48,998 nt of DNA, taken from assembly GCA_016735445.1 (NCBI GenBank), contig JAERRN010000013.1, positions 1 to 48,998 of the forward strand. Direction: 5' to 3'. The position numbers were made by a program, and so were the translations under genes. The notes beneath the pieces were generated by a model. It worked only from the letters and a program-made list of their open reading frames with translations, did not search any database and was not told where the DNA came from. The DNA is from Rickettsiales bacterium (lineage in GTDB: Bacteria; Pseudomonadota; Alphaproteobacteria; Rickettsiales; Deianiraeaceae). The first letter of the stretch is position 1. Every line of letters begins with the position of its first letter. Positions 38,107-47,700 of this stretch are shown piece after piece.

Positions 38107-39924
38107 TTAACCTTCTCTAATTAATTTATCGATAGTTGCAACTATCGAATCTGCCTCTATACCTGCCCAACGATGCAATAACGATGTGCTTGCATGTGGT
38201 AAAAAGTTATCGGGATGACAAAGAGTTACAATTTTGCCCTTATAATTTATTTTTACCAACTCTTCTACTACAATAGAGCCAAAACCGCCGATCGAGCCAT
38301 CTTCAACGGTAACTATAATAGTGTGCTTGTTAGACATTTGTATTAACATATTTTTGTCTATCGGCTTAATAAATCTTGCGTCTATCACTGTAGAGTGTAT
38401 AAAATGCTCCCTTAGTAAAATCCCCGCAGCATCAAGTGCGACTTTTACAGTATTGCCAACAGCAATAATACAACAATCTTTCCCATCTTGCAATGTGTTT
38501 GATGTGCCAATTGGAATTGGTAAAATACTTTGATAATCTACATCTACAGCGTCATCTGCGTCTTGCCCCCTTGCGTATCTTATCGCACAAGGTGCGTCGT
38601 TTATTTCGGATGATGTTTTTATCATTCTCATTAAATCTTTACCTGTGCTTGGTGACATGATAATAAAATCTGGCAATATCCGCAAATATGCAATATCAAA
38701 TGCGCCATTATGTGTTGCACCGTCGTAACCAACATAGCCCGCCCTGTCTATAATAAATCTAACTGGTAGTTTTTGAACGGCAACGTCATGTATTACTTGA
38801 TCGTAACCTCTTTGTAAAAAAGTAGAATATATGCAACAATATGGTTTTGCATTAGCATTTGCCATACCTGCAGAGAAAGTAACTGCGAACTGCTCTGTTA
38901 TTCCAACATCAAAAACTCTATCTGGAAATTTTTTCTCTACTAAGTAGAGTCCAGTCCCTATTGTCATTGCCGCGCTAACGCAAATAACCGATTCATCTCG
39001 ACACATTTCTGCCTCAATTGATTTTGCAAAGCATGTAGAATAGGTAAACTTCTCAATTTTTTTAGCATTAAGGGAAATTGGGCTTACGCTGTGCATTTTA
39101 TCTAACGCCCTTTTTGCTGGCTCGTGTCCTTTACCTTTTTCTGTTTTAATATGTACAACTAATGCGCCGTTAAAGGTGCTTTGCTTTATTAACGTAAACA
39201 GCTTTACCATTGTGTCAAAGTTGTATCCGTCCACAATTCCTATGTATCCACACCCATTATTGGTAAATATATTTCCATTTGACTTCTTGCCAGAGAAAGC
39301 ATTTTGTACCGCTTCTTTGAGATCTTCTTCTAACAATATTTTACCGTTTTGTTTTAAACTAACTAAATGTTCTCTTACGCCACCAATAGATTGCGATATA
39401 GATGTGTCGTTGTCGTTTAATATTATTATTGCTCTTTTTTTTAATACGCCTGCGTTACTAATACTTTCTAATGCTAGCCCCGCACTTAACGAGCCGTCAC
39501 CTATTATTGCGATAATTTCGCCTTTTCTTTTGTTTAAAATATCCTCACTTACCGCCATACCAAGCACCGCAGCAATAGACGTTGATGAATGACCTGCGTT
39601 AAATATGTCGTGTTTGCTTTCTTTTTTGTCACAAAAACCGCTAATACCGTTCTCGCTTCTCATGGAAGAAAACTTATCTTTTCTATCGGTAATAATTTTA
39701 TGTGCGTACGCTTGATGCCCTATATCCCAAACAAGCTTATCTTTTGGGGATTCGAATACATAATGCAACGCAACCGTTAGCTCAACTACCCCTAATGACG
39801 CACCAAGATGACCACCGTTTCTTAGGGTGTTTTCTATTATTGTCTTTCTTAACCATTCACAAAGCGTAAATATCTCAAGATTATTCATTTTTTTTAAATC
39901 TTCCAGAGAGGTATATTCGTTCAT
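38107..39924 (-). CDS. dxs: 1-deoxy-D-xylulose-5-phosphate synthase
   Basis: 605 aa. Contains GGHLGASLGVVELTVALH, WDIGHQAYAHK, NAGHSSTSIAAVLGMA and IGDGSLSAGLALE (ThDP motif). Confidence 0.97.
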   Translation of the reverse strand: MNEYTSLEDLKKMNNLEIFTLCEWLRKTIIENTLRNGGHLGASLGVVELTVALHYVFESPKDKLVWDIGHQAYAHKIITDRKDKFSSMRSENGISGFCDKKESKHDIFNAGHSSTSIAAVLGMAVSEDILNKRKGEIIAIIGDGSLSAGLALESISNAGVLKKRAIIILNDNDTSISQSIGGVREHLVSLKQNGKILLEEDLKEAVQNAFSGKKSNGNIFTNNGCGYIGIVDGYNFDTMVKLFTLIKQSTFNGALVVHIKTEKGKGHEPAKRALDKMHSVSPISLNAKKIEKFTYSTCFAKSIEAEMCRDESVICVSAAMTIGTGLYLVEKKFPDRVFDVGITEQFAVTFSAGMANANAKPYCCIYSTFLQRGYDQVIHDVAVQKLPVRFIIDRAGYVGYDGATHNGAFDIAYLRILPDFIIMSPSTGKDLMRMIKTSSEINDAPCAIRYARGQDADDAVDVDYQSILPIPIGTSNTLQDGKDCCIIAVGNTVKVALDAAGILLREHFIHSTVIDARFIKPIDKNMLIQMSNKHTIIVTVEDGSIGGFGSIVVEELVKINYKGKIVTLCHPDNFLPHASTSLLHRWAGIEADSIVATIDKLIREG

Positions 39925-40117
39925 CGTAAATTAATTTATGTTGCAACTTGCGTTAAAGACAAAACTAAAGCAAGTTAACAATAAACAGGCTACCTAAACT
40001 AATTGTCGTAACATGCGCTAGAAAACAAGATGCACAAAATTAACAACTGTGCATAACTTAATGTTACTAGCAAAAAATTTAACTTTTGTCAAGACAATTA
40101 ACAACCTAATTGATTTA

Positions 40118-40797
40118 ATGAATTTTTTTTCAGATAAAATCATTTGTATTCAATGTTTCAAGAAAATCTTATAAAAAGACGGAGCGTTCTGTCCGAAATG
40201 TGGATCAATGAAGAAGGTTTACGAGATGAAAGATAAAAAAACTTTTAAATGTGGATGTTGTGATAGTAGATTTTCAATTAAAATAGGGATGATTTTTGAA
40301 GGTTCAAATATTCCATTGAAAAAGTGGTTTATCTCAATATACATCATCGGAGTCATTAAAAAAACAGCTTGGTTTATGTTGCAAAGAATTCGTGAAGTTG
40401 CAAAAGTAGATTTCTTAAACTAAATTCAAATGTTGATCTTGATGAAACATATGTTGGCAGAAAAGAAAAAAATAAACATTCTAATAAAAGAATTAAAGAG
40501 ACTCAGGGACGAAGCACAGCAACTAAAACGGCTATTATTGGAGCAATTGAAAGAAAAGGAAAAGTAGTTGCTAAAGTTGTAGATAAAGTTAACATAAAAA
40601 CATTACAATCACTTATCTTTAATCATGTTCAAATTGGTACAAATCTTTATACAGATGAATTTAAAGCATACAGCTCAGTATTATCTTTTTACAATCATAA
40701 GGTTATAAATCATGGGAAAGATCGGTATGTTAAAAAAGATGCTCACACAAACACAATAGAAAAATTGGATTTACAGGTTTGTTTAATTCTTTACTAG
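40118..40797 (+). pseudogene. Decayed IS1595-family (ISXO2-like) transposase
   Basis: The N-terminal zinc ribbon CPKCGS...FKCGCCDSRFSIKIGMIFEGSNIPLKKWF...KKTAWFMLQRIR follows an in-frame TAA at 40172-40174. The DDE-domain part VDLDETYVGRKEKNKH...GAIERKGKVVAKVV...LYTDEFKAYSS...HKVINHG...HTNTIE lies in a different frame (shift near 40396-40428) and is C-terminally truncated, stopping at 40795-40797. I saw no terminal inverted repeats. Confidence 0.8.
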
Positions 40798-40884
40798 AAA
40801 ATAGCAGCAATAAACGCCTAACATGTAAAGGATTGATTGCATAATGTCAGAAAAAAATCGTATAATTTAGATAGTTTTTTATAA

Positions 40885-41172
40885 GATGTTTCAAAGGAGG
40901 TAAAAAGTAGAATTGTCTTAAAAGACAATTCTACAGACGCTAATCCTTTTGTAAAATGGGTTGGAGGAAAACGTAGTATTTTACAACATATTACAGAATA
41001 TATGCCTAGTGATTACAATGGACACTATGAGCCATTTGTTGGTGGTGGTGCGTTGTTTTTTAGCTCTAATCCACAAAATGCTTTTTTAAGTGATACAAAT
41101 GAAGAACTGATTGTAATATGTCTTGTTGTTAAAAACGATATTGAGGCTCTGTTTAAAACAAAGAATGGTTAG
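40885..41172 (+). pseudogene. N-terminal remnant of a Dam-type (D12 class) N6-adenine DNA methyltransferase
   Basis: NPFVKWVGGKRSILQHITEYMP...YEPFVGGGALFF...FLSDTNEELI matches the Dam N-terminus (kWaGGKr, EPFvGgGAvff, nDiN.eLi). The frame stops after about 95 codons, which is roughly one third of a full enzyme. No ATG/GTG start follows the strong aaggagg at 40894-40900. Confidence 0.75.
40907..40934. repeat. 28-bp near-perfect palindrome (13-bp arms, 2-nt centre) just after the Shine-Dalgarno-like aaggagg of the methylase remnant
   Basis: gtagaattgtctt (40907-40919), aa, aagacaattctac (40922-40934). The arms are exact reverse complements. Confidence 0.85.
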
Positions 41173-41595
41173 AAGAACAAGCGGGAAATGGCTATTTTAA
41201 AGACGTTTTAAGCATGGTTGCTTTTCAAAATAAATGTAATCGTGGATTTTTAGGGTAAAATTGCATATAAGTCCCTAAATTTAACTGTAAATTTACAATA
41301 TTTTGGTTTTACATTGTTTATTACTTACTTGTGTTTGCTATTTTTATTTTGTAAGCCTGTTTTTACAGGTTAATTTTGCCAACAACTTTAAAAGGTTAAA
41401 GTGTTTAGCAATACAATGTAAAAAACCGCACTATATATAGCTATAATTTAACATAAATTATACACAATTAAACAGGTAAATAAGGTTTATATAACAAGTA
41501 GTTACACATTTGTTATATAAACCTTCCTTGCATTTTAATTAAAATATTAGTTTGATAATATTTATTACTATGGTTTAGCAGTTTTACTATTTTTT

Positions 41596-44373
41596 ATGTC
41601 GATTAAGTCAGCAAATATAGACAATCCACCATCTACAAATATCTCAAGTGGCGGTCAATTGGTAGATGTTTCTATAGAACAAGAGTTACAAACCTCATAT
41701 TTGGCGTACGCTATGAGCGTTATTGTTTCTCGAGCAATACCAGATGTCAGGGACGGTCTTAAGCCAGTGCAAAGACGTATTTTATACGCGATGCATGATT
41801 TAAATTTCTCTCACAATAAGCCGCATAAAAAATCCGCTAAGGTTATTGGTGAAGTTATAGCAAAATACCACCCTCATGGCGATGGTTCTATTTACGATGC
41901 GTTAGTTCGTCTTGCTCAAGATTTTTCTATGGGTATGCCATTAATTGATGGTCAAGGTAACTTTGGCTCTATTGATGCCGATCCGCCTGCTGCAATGCGT
42001 TATACCGAAGTTAGGCTACAAAAAATAACGCACACTATGCTTGCTGACTTAAGCAAGAATACCGTTTTATTTAGAGACAACTACGATGGTTCGGAATTTG
42101 AACCTACTATTTTGCCGTCTGCGTTTCCGCAAATATTAGCAAACGGTAGTGAAGGTATAGCTGTTGGTATGGCAACAAATACACCGCCTTATAATCTTGG
42201 TGAAGTAATCGACGCTTGTTTAAGGTTGATAGAAACCCCAAATATTTCAGATGAAGAATTATCCAGTATAATACCAGGTCCTGACTTCCCTACTGGCAGT
42301 ACGATTGTTAATGCAGCTGCAACGGCAAAAGCGTCACTTTCTGGTCGTGGCTCTGTTGTTGTAAAAGGTAAAGCCGAGATAGTGGAGTTAAGAAATAACA
42401 GAAATGCAATTATTATAACAGAAATACCTTTTCAAGTTGTAAAATCTAGATTAATAGAAAAAATTGGCGAACTTGTTAGAGATAAAAGGATCGAGGGTAT
42501 ATCAAGCTTAAGAGATGAGTCAAATAAATGCGGTATTAGGGTTGTTGTAGAATTAAAAAGGGAAGCATCTGGACAAGTTGTTTTAAACCAAATATACAAA
42601 CTTACACCATTGCAGGCTAATTTTTCAATTAACTCTTTATTGTTACATAATAACCGCCCCGAAATAATGGGTTTAAGAGATGTTATTCTTTCGTTTTTAG
42701 AGTTTAGGATTTCTGTTATTAAAAAACGTTTAGAACACGAATTACTTAAAGTCCGTGAACGGTCGCATATGTTGATTGGTTTACATGTTACTATCGATTC
42801 TATAGACGAAATTATTTCCATCATTAGAAATTCTATCGATCACGCTACCGCCAAAGCAACGCTTATGGAAAAATCTTGGCCCGTTGAGGAATCAATGATT
42901 AAACTGTTTGAATTAGTTGATGATTACAGAAATAAAATAGAAAATAACCAATTTAGCTTTACCGAAGACCAAGTAAAGGCTATTTTAGACATGAGACTTG
43001 CAAAACTAACAGGTTTAGAAAGGGACAGAATTATCATTGACTTACAAGAAGCTGGTAAACAGATGTGTTATTATTTGTCCACCATTGCTGACCAAGGGAA
43101 GATTAAAGCGATAGCAATTGAGGAGCTAAAGGCAATTAAAGATGAATTTGCAATACCTCGTAGAACATCTATTATAGAAGGTAGGTTAGATTCTTCTATT
43201 GAAGATTTTATAGAGCCTGAAAATGTTCTTATAACTATGACAAATAACGGTTACATGAAAAGGTCATCTCTTGACAATTGTTTAACACAAAAGCGTGGCG
43301 GAAAGGGTAAGATTGGTTTTAAAATTAGAGAAGGGGATGAAGTTGCAAAGCTGTTAGTTAGTCATACTCATAACGATATAATGTTGTTTTCTGATATGGG
43401 TATTGTCCATAAAATTAAAGCTTACAATATACCGGCTGGCTCTGTTCAGTCTCAAGGTAGGGCTGTTGCTAATTTGATAACATTACGACCTGGTGAACTA
43501 GTTAGTGAAGTTTTGTCTGTTTCATTTAAAAAAGTTACTGAAGGCGATTCTTTAATATTTGCAACAAAATGTGGTAATATTCGTAAAAGTAGCATTTTAG
43601 ACTTTGAAAAAGTTAGATCTAATGGTAAAATAGCAATAGAGTTAACGGAGGATAGGCTGATTGGCGTCAGTATGGCAACAGACAAGGACGATATATTGCT
43701 TGCAACAAAAAAAGGTATTGCTTTACGCTTTTCTGTTAAAGATTTAAGGGTTATTAAAAGTAGATCTTCCGATGGTGTAAAAGGTATTTCGCTAGACAAC
43801 GGAGATGAGGTTATTTCTATGTCCATACTGCACCATATTAAAGAAGACAGTGAAATTAAAGATTTGTATTTATCTATACCGCTTAAAGATAGGTTAAAAA
43901 TGCATACTTTAATAATAGATCAAAACCCTGAAAGCTTATATAAGTGTGAACAGATTTGTAAACAAGGTAAGCTTGTTAAAGACGGATTATCTTTAGAGCA
44001 AATATGTAAAATGGCTGAGAAAGAGCAATTTATTTTAACTGTCAATTCGGCTGGTTTTGCTAAGAGAACATCTGCTTACGAATATAGAATAACAAAAAGA
44101 GCTGGTAAGGGCATTAAAAACATGAATTTAGCGCTCAAGTCTTTTATTGTGGCAAGCTTTATTGCAGATGTTGGTGATGATATTATATTAACAAGTTCTA
44201 AAGGTAAATTAATTAGGTGTAATGTAAAAAGCATACCTATTATTGGAAGAAGTACAAAAGGTGTAAAAACCTTTAATGTAAACAAAGAGACTGTTGTTTC
44301 TGTTGCAAGGGTATTGTCTTCAGATTGGGACGACACTGACTTGAGTGATGAGAAAAAATCTACAGACGATTAG
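41596..44373 (+). CDS. gyrA: DNA gyrase subunit A
   Basis: 925 aa. Contains YAMSVIVSRAIPDVRDGLKPVQRRILYAM, HPHGDGSIYDALVRLAQDFS and AMRYTE (active-site Tyr), followed by C-terminal beta-pinwheel repeats and an acidic tail. Confidence 0.98.
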   Translation: MSIKSANIDNPPSTNISSGGQLVDVSIEQELQTSYLAYAMSVIVSRAIPDVRDGLKPVQRRILYAMHDLNFSHNKPHKKSAKVIGEVIAKYHPHGDGSIYDALVRLAQDFSMGMPLIDGQGNFGSIDADPPAAMRYTEVRLQKITHTMLADLSKNTVLFRDNYDGSEFEPTILPSAFPQILANGSEGIAVGMATNTPPYNLGEVIDACLRLIETPNISDEELSSIIPGPDFPTGSTIVNAAATAKASLSGRGSVVVKGKAEIVELRNNRNAIIITEIPFQVVKSRLIEKIGELVRDKRIEGISSLRDESNKCGIRVVVELKREASGQVVLNQIYKLTPLQANFSINSLLLHNNRPEIMGLRDVILSFLEFRISVIKKRLEHELLKVRERSHMLIGLHVTIDSIDEIISIIRNSIDHATAKATLMEKSWPVEESMIKLFELVDDYRNKIENNQFSFTEDQVKAILDMRLAKLTGLERDRIIIDLQEAGKQMCYYLSTIADQGKIKAIAIEELKAIKDEFAIPRRTSIIEGRLDSSIEDFIEPENVLITMTNNGYMKRSSLDNCLTQKRGGKGKIGFKIREGDEVAKLLVSHTHNDIMLFSDMGIVHKIKAYNIPAGSVQSQGRAVANLITLRPGELVSEVLSVSFKKVTEGDSLIFATKCGNIRKSSILDFEKVRSNGKIAIELTEDRLIGVSMATDKDDILLATKKGIALRFSVKDLRVIKSRSSDGVKGISLDNGDEVISMSILHHIKEDSEIKDLYLSIPLKDRLKMHTLIIDQNPESLYKCEQICKQGKLVKDGLSLEQICKMAEKEQFILTVNSAGFAKRTSAYEYRITKRAGKGIKNMNLALKSFIVASFIADVGDDIILTSSKGKLIRCNVKSIPIIGRSTKGVKTFNVNKETVVSVARVLSSDWDDTDLSDEKKSTDD

Positions 44374-44569
44374 TAAAGTTTTTTACTGTAGGTTGTTAAT
44401 GGTTACTAACTTACGTTTTACATGCATACTATATGACGCCAGTCTAATTTTGCAAACTTGGCTTATTATATATAACTGTATGTCAATTTTGGTTGCTTTT
44501 GTTTGTATTCCGATTTATATTGACAATAACAAGTTGTTTGCAAAATAATGCAGTACTATAGCAATATTC

Positions 44570-44646
44570 GGGCGATTAGCTCAGTTGGTTAGAGCGCCAC
44601 GGTGACATCGTGGAGGTCATTGGTTCGAGCCCAGTATCGCCCACCA
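44570..44646 (+). tRNA. tRNA-Val (anticodon GAC), CCA encoded
   Basis: Cloverleaf folded by hand. Acceptor gggcgat/atcgccc; D arm gctc-agttggtta-gagc; anticodon stem ccacg/cgtgg with loop gtGACat; variable loop aggtc; T arm attgg-ttcgagc-ccagt; discriminator a; then cca. Confidence 0.93.
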
Positions 44647-44719
44647 TTTTAAAACCGAATATTTTACCAGCTTTTGCAAATTTGGCTATTTAAATACTTT
44701 TTACGGTATTTTATTTGCT

Positions 44720-47700
44720 CTATTTTTTTTGCGCACTAGCAACTAATATATTATATTCTGTTTGCGATATATCGCAGAAAAATAAAATTGCTTTTATCTG
44801 CCCTTTTATAACCTTGACGCCAGTTTTGTCACAAACATACTGTACTGTCTTCGCGCAGTTATCAAGGTAGCTTTCTTTTGCTTTGTTGTCGTTTGTATTT
44901 ACGGTTTTGTTGCGAAAAACTCCAAGTATATAGCCGTTTTTATGCTTTATAACCCAAAATAACACCCCAATATTTGGGGGGATAATTTTCTGCACACAGC
45001 CAGAGATTTTTTTAGGCACTTCTTGATTGACAACAAATGACTGTATAATTGCATAATTTATATTTTCATGACTTATTAGTTTAATCTTTGCAATTTCTTC
45101 TTGCAACATTATAAGTAATTGAGATTCTGTTTGTTTTTTTAGTTCTTGGTTTTTTATAGTTAATTTGTCTATATAATCTAACAATGGGTTATGCTCTGTC
45201 TTATCTTTATTTTTTACAAGATTATCTAAGTTATTGCATTGCTCATCTGATATCTTAATAGAGCAATTTTCTTTAAGTGTGAACTGTAAATCGATTTTAT
45301 ATTTAGCAGCAACAGAACTTAATAAGGCGTGCATTTGTGCGTTGTATTTGTAAACCGACAGACCGGCAATAGCTTCTATTCTTTTTATTCCGCTGCCAAT
45401 ACTTTTGATTTGCAATATTGTTAATGCGCCTATATCGCCTGTTCTGTTAACATGCATACCTCCGCAAAGCTCCATGGATATTAATGATTCGTCTTTGTTA
45501 CCTTTGTTGTAAACTTTACCACCCATTTGCACTACTCTAACGGACTGACCGTAGTTTTCGTTTGGTATACTTATAGCTCCTCTAGCCTTTGCCTCATCTT
45601 TTGGAATATTATCTTGAATATACACTTTAGCATTGTTTGCAATTGCGGTATTTATAATTTTTTCAAGTTGCACAATGTCCATTTGCGCAACTGCTCCATC
45701 GTACAAAAAGTCAAAACGTAACCAATCGGGGTAGACTTGTGAGCCTTTTTGTATTATTTCTTGACCAAAATATTGCCTTAACGCACCGTTTACCAAATGA
45801 CTTGCAGAGTGGTGTATTTGTGAGCCATAACTCAGCCCAACGTCAACTTTTAGAGATAGCTCTTTTGCTTTTTGAAATTTATTATTTTCTTTTAAAAGTT
45901 TGTAGTTTTTGATTTTATGAAATATAATATTGTTTATTTTAAGAACACCAGAAACGACCAATTTATTATTTAAATCTGGTTTTTTACCATCTAAAATTCT
46001 ATTTTTGTAACATGTAACAGCAATGTGTTTACTGTTGTCATTGCAAGGCTGAAAAAACATTCCTTCTTGCGTATGGTCATCGGTTAAGGTAATCACGCCT
46101 GCGTCACTAAATTGCCCTCCACCTTCTTGGTAAAATGGTGTTTTTTCGCAAATAAAATAACATTCTTCTTCTGTTTGGTACGTTAGGTGAAGAAAGTAAA
46201 AGTTACCACTTAGTGACGAATAGATTTTTTCTTCATTGTTGTGATAACAAAGCAGTTGTGTATCGTCGCAAAAACCAAAAACTGCGCTATTGGTTTTTCC
46301 TACAGCAAATAAATACACACTCTCTTGTCCGTCACCAAATTTTACTTCGTCTAAGTTAATTTCTCCTTTTCTGATCCTTGACAACACACTATCTTGCGTT
46401 ACTTTTTTTACGCTAATAGGTTGAACTAAATATAAGAGATTGCCGCTTGTTTGCTCTATCCGTGGCATAACCCAATCGGGGAGATTTGTTTCTTTTTTTA
46501 ACCAATTGCAAATATCAATATACGGTATACCGTATGTGTCTTTACATCTAACAGCTAATAACCTTATCGGCAATAAGGCAATATATTGCGCGTAGTGCGT
46601 ATATTTTATTGGGCAAATTGTATTACCTGTATTTTTTAAGTTACTTGGGTTTAGGCAATCTATGTTGTCTAAGTGGTGTGGGTTGTTGTTTTTCTGTTGG
46701 TTGCGGTTTGTGAAAAGTTGACAAAGTTGGTAATTTAATTGTTTCCACCCGCTGTTATGTGGTGCATTTTTTTCTAAGTTGTCAAATATAAGTTGCTCGT
46801 ATTTTTGCAAAGCTAATAACAGGTTAGGTTTTACCTCTTTATCGTGATGATTAAAGTTGTTTACTGCTGTTTTATACTCGCTTGCAAATTGTTCTACTAG
46901 TTTTTTGTCTTTTATCCATTGGTCAAGCAAAAGTGTTACCTCTGTGCATACTATTGCATTGTTGTCTTTATCTTTGCTAAATTCTGGCAATTTACCGGTT
47001 GGCTCAAGCAATTTATTTAACCCATTTCTAGCTTGATGTTTCTTTGTGTTTTCTAGAAAACTATTTAAAATAGTAACCTCTTTTTTTATGTTTATATCCA
47101 TTGTTTGGACAATTTGATAATACTTTTCCTCCTCTAATTGTATGGTGTTTATTATCCTGTCTCTGCTCTTGTTTAGTAAGTTTTGCCAATCTGGGTTGGC
47201 TGTTTGTATTACGATATCAACCAAGTTATGAAGTAAATTTTTGGTATGCACTGCTTTTTTAAGGCTAATTGCATGATCGCACGCACGTCTAATGATTTTT
47301 CGCAACACATAGCCAACGCCATCTGCGCTTGGCAATATACCGTCTGCCTGTATGTAGCATATTGCACGCATATGGTCTGCTATTACACGGTAATTATGTA
47401 TGTTTTGCTCTTGATTTGCTATTTCGGATGTAATTTTTATAGGGTTATTTGTGTATATTTCTTTAATTTTGTTTATGATTGGTAAAAATATATCTGTATT
47501 AAAATTGTTATCTACACCATTTAACACAGCTAATATTCTTTCTAGTCCCGCGCCTGTGTCGATAGAAACAAATGGCAATTCTTCAATTGTGCCATCTGTT
47601 TTTTTTGTATATTGCATACAGACTAAATTCCATATTTCTATAAATCTATCGCCATGCGCACCGGTATTATTTTTATCATCAAAATAACCATTAACCGCAA

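Noticed and set aside
40208-40423. 71-aa ORF that could be read as an intact small zinc-ribbon gene.
   Set aside because: It is the middle of the IS1595-type transposase reading frame. The frame continues upstream through an in-frame stop, and continues downstream in another frame into the DDE domain, so the ORF is a pseudogene fragment.
44345-44548. 67-aa ORF between gyrA and tRNA-Val.
   Set aside because: It overlaps the gyrA 3' end, has a hydrophobic low-complexity product, and shows no motif or ribosome-binding site.
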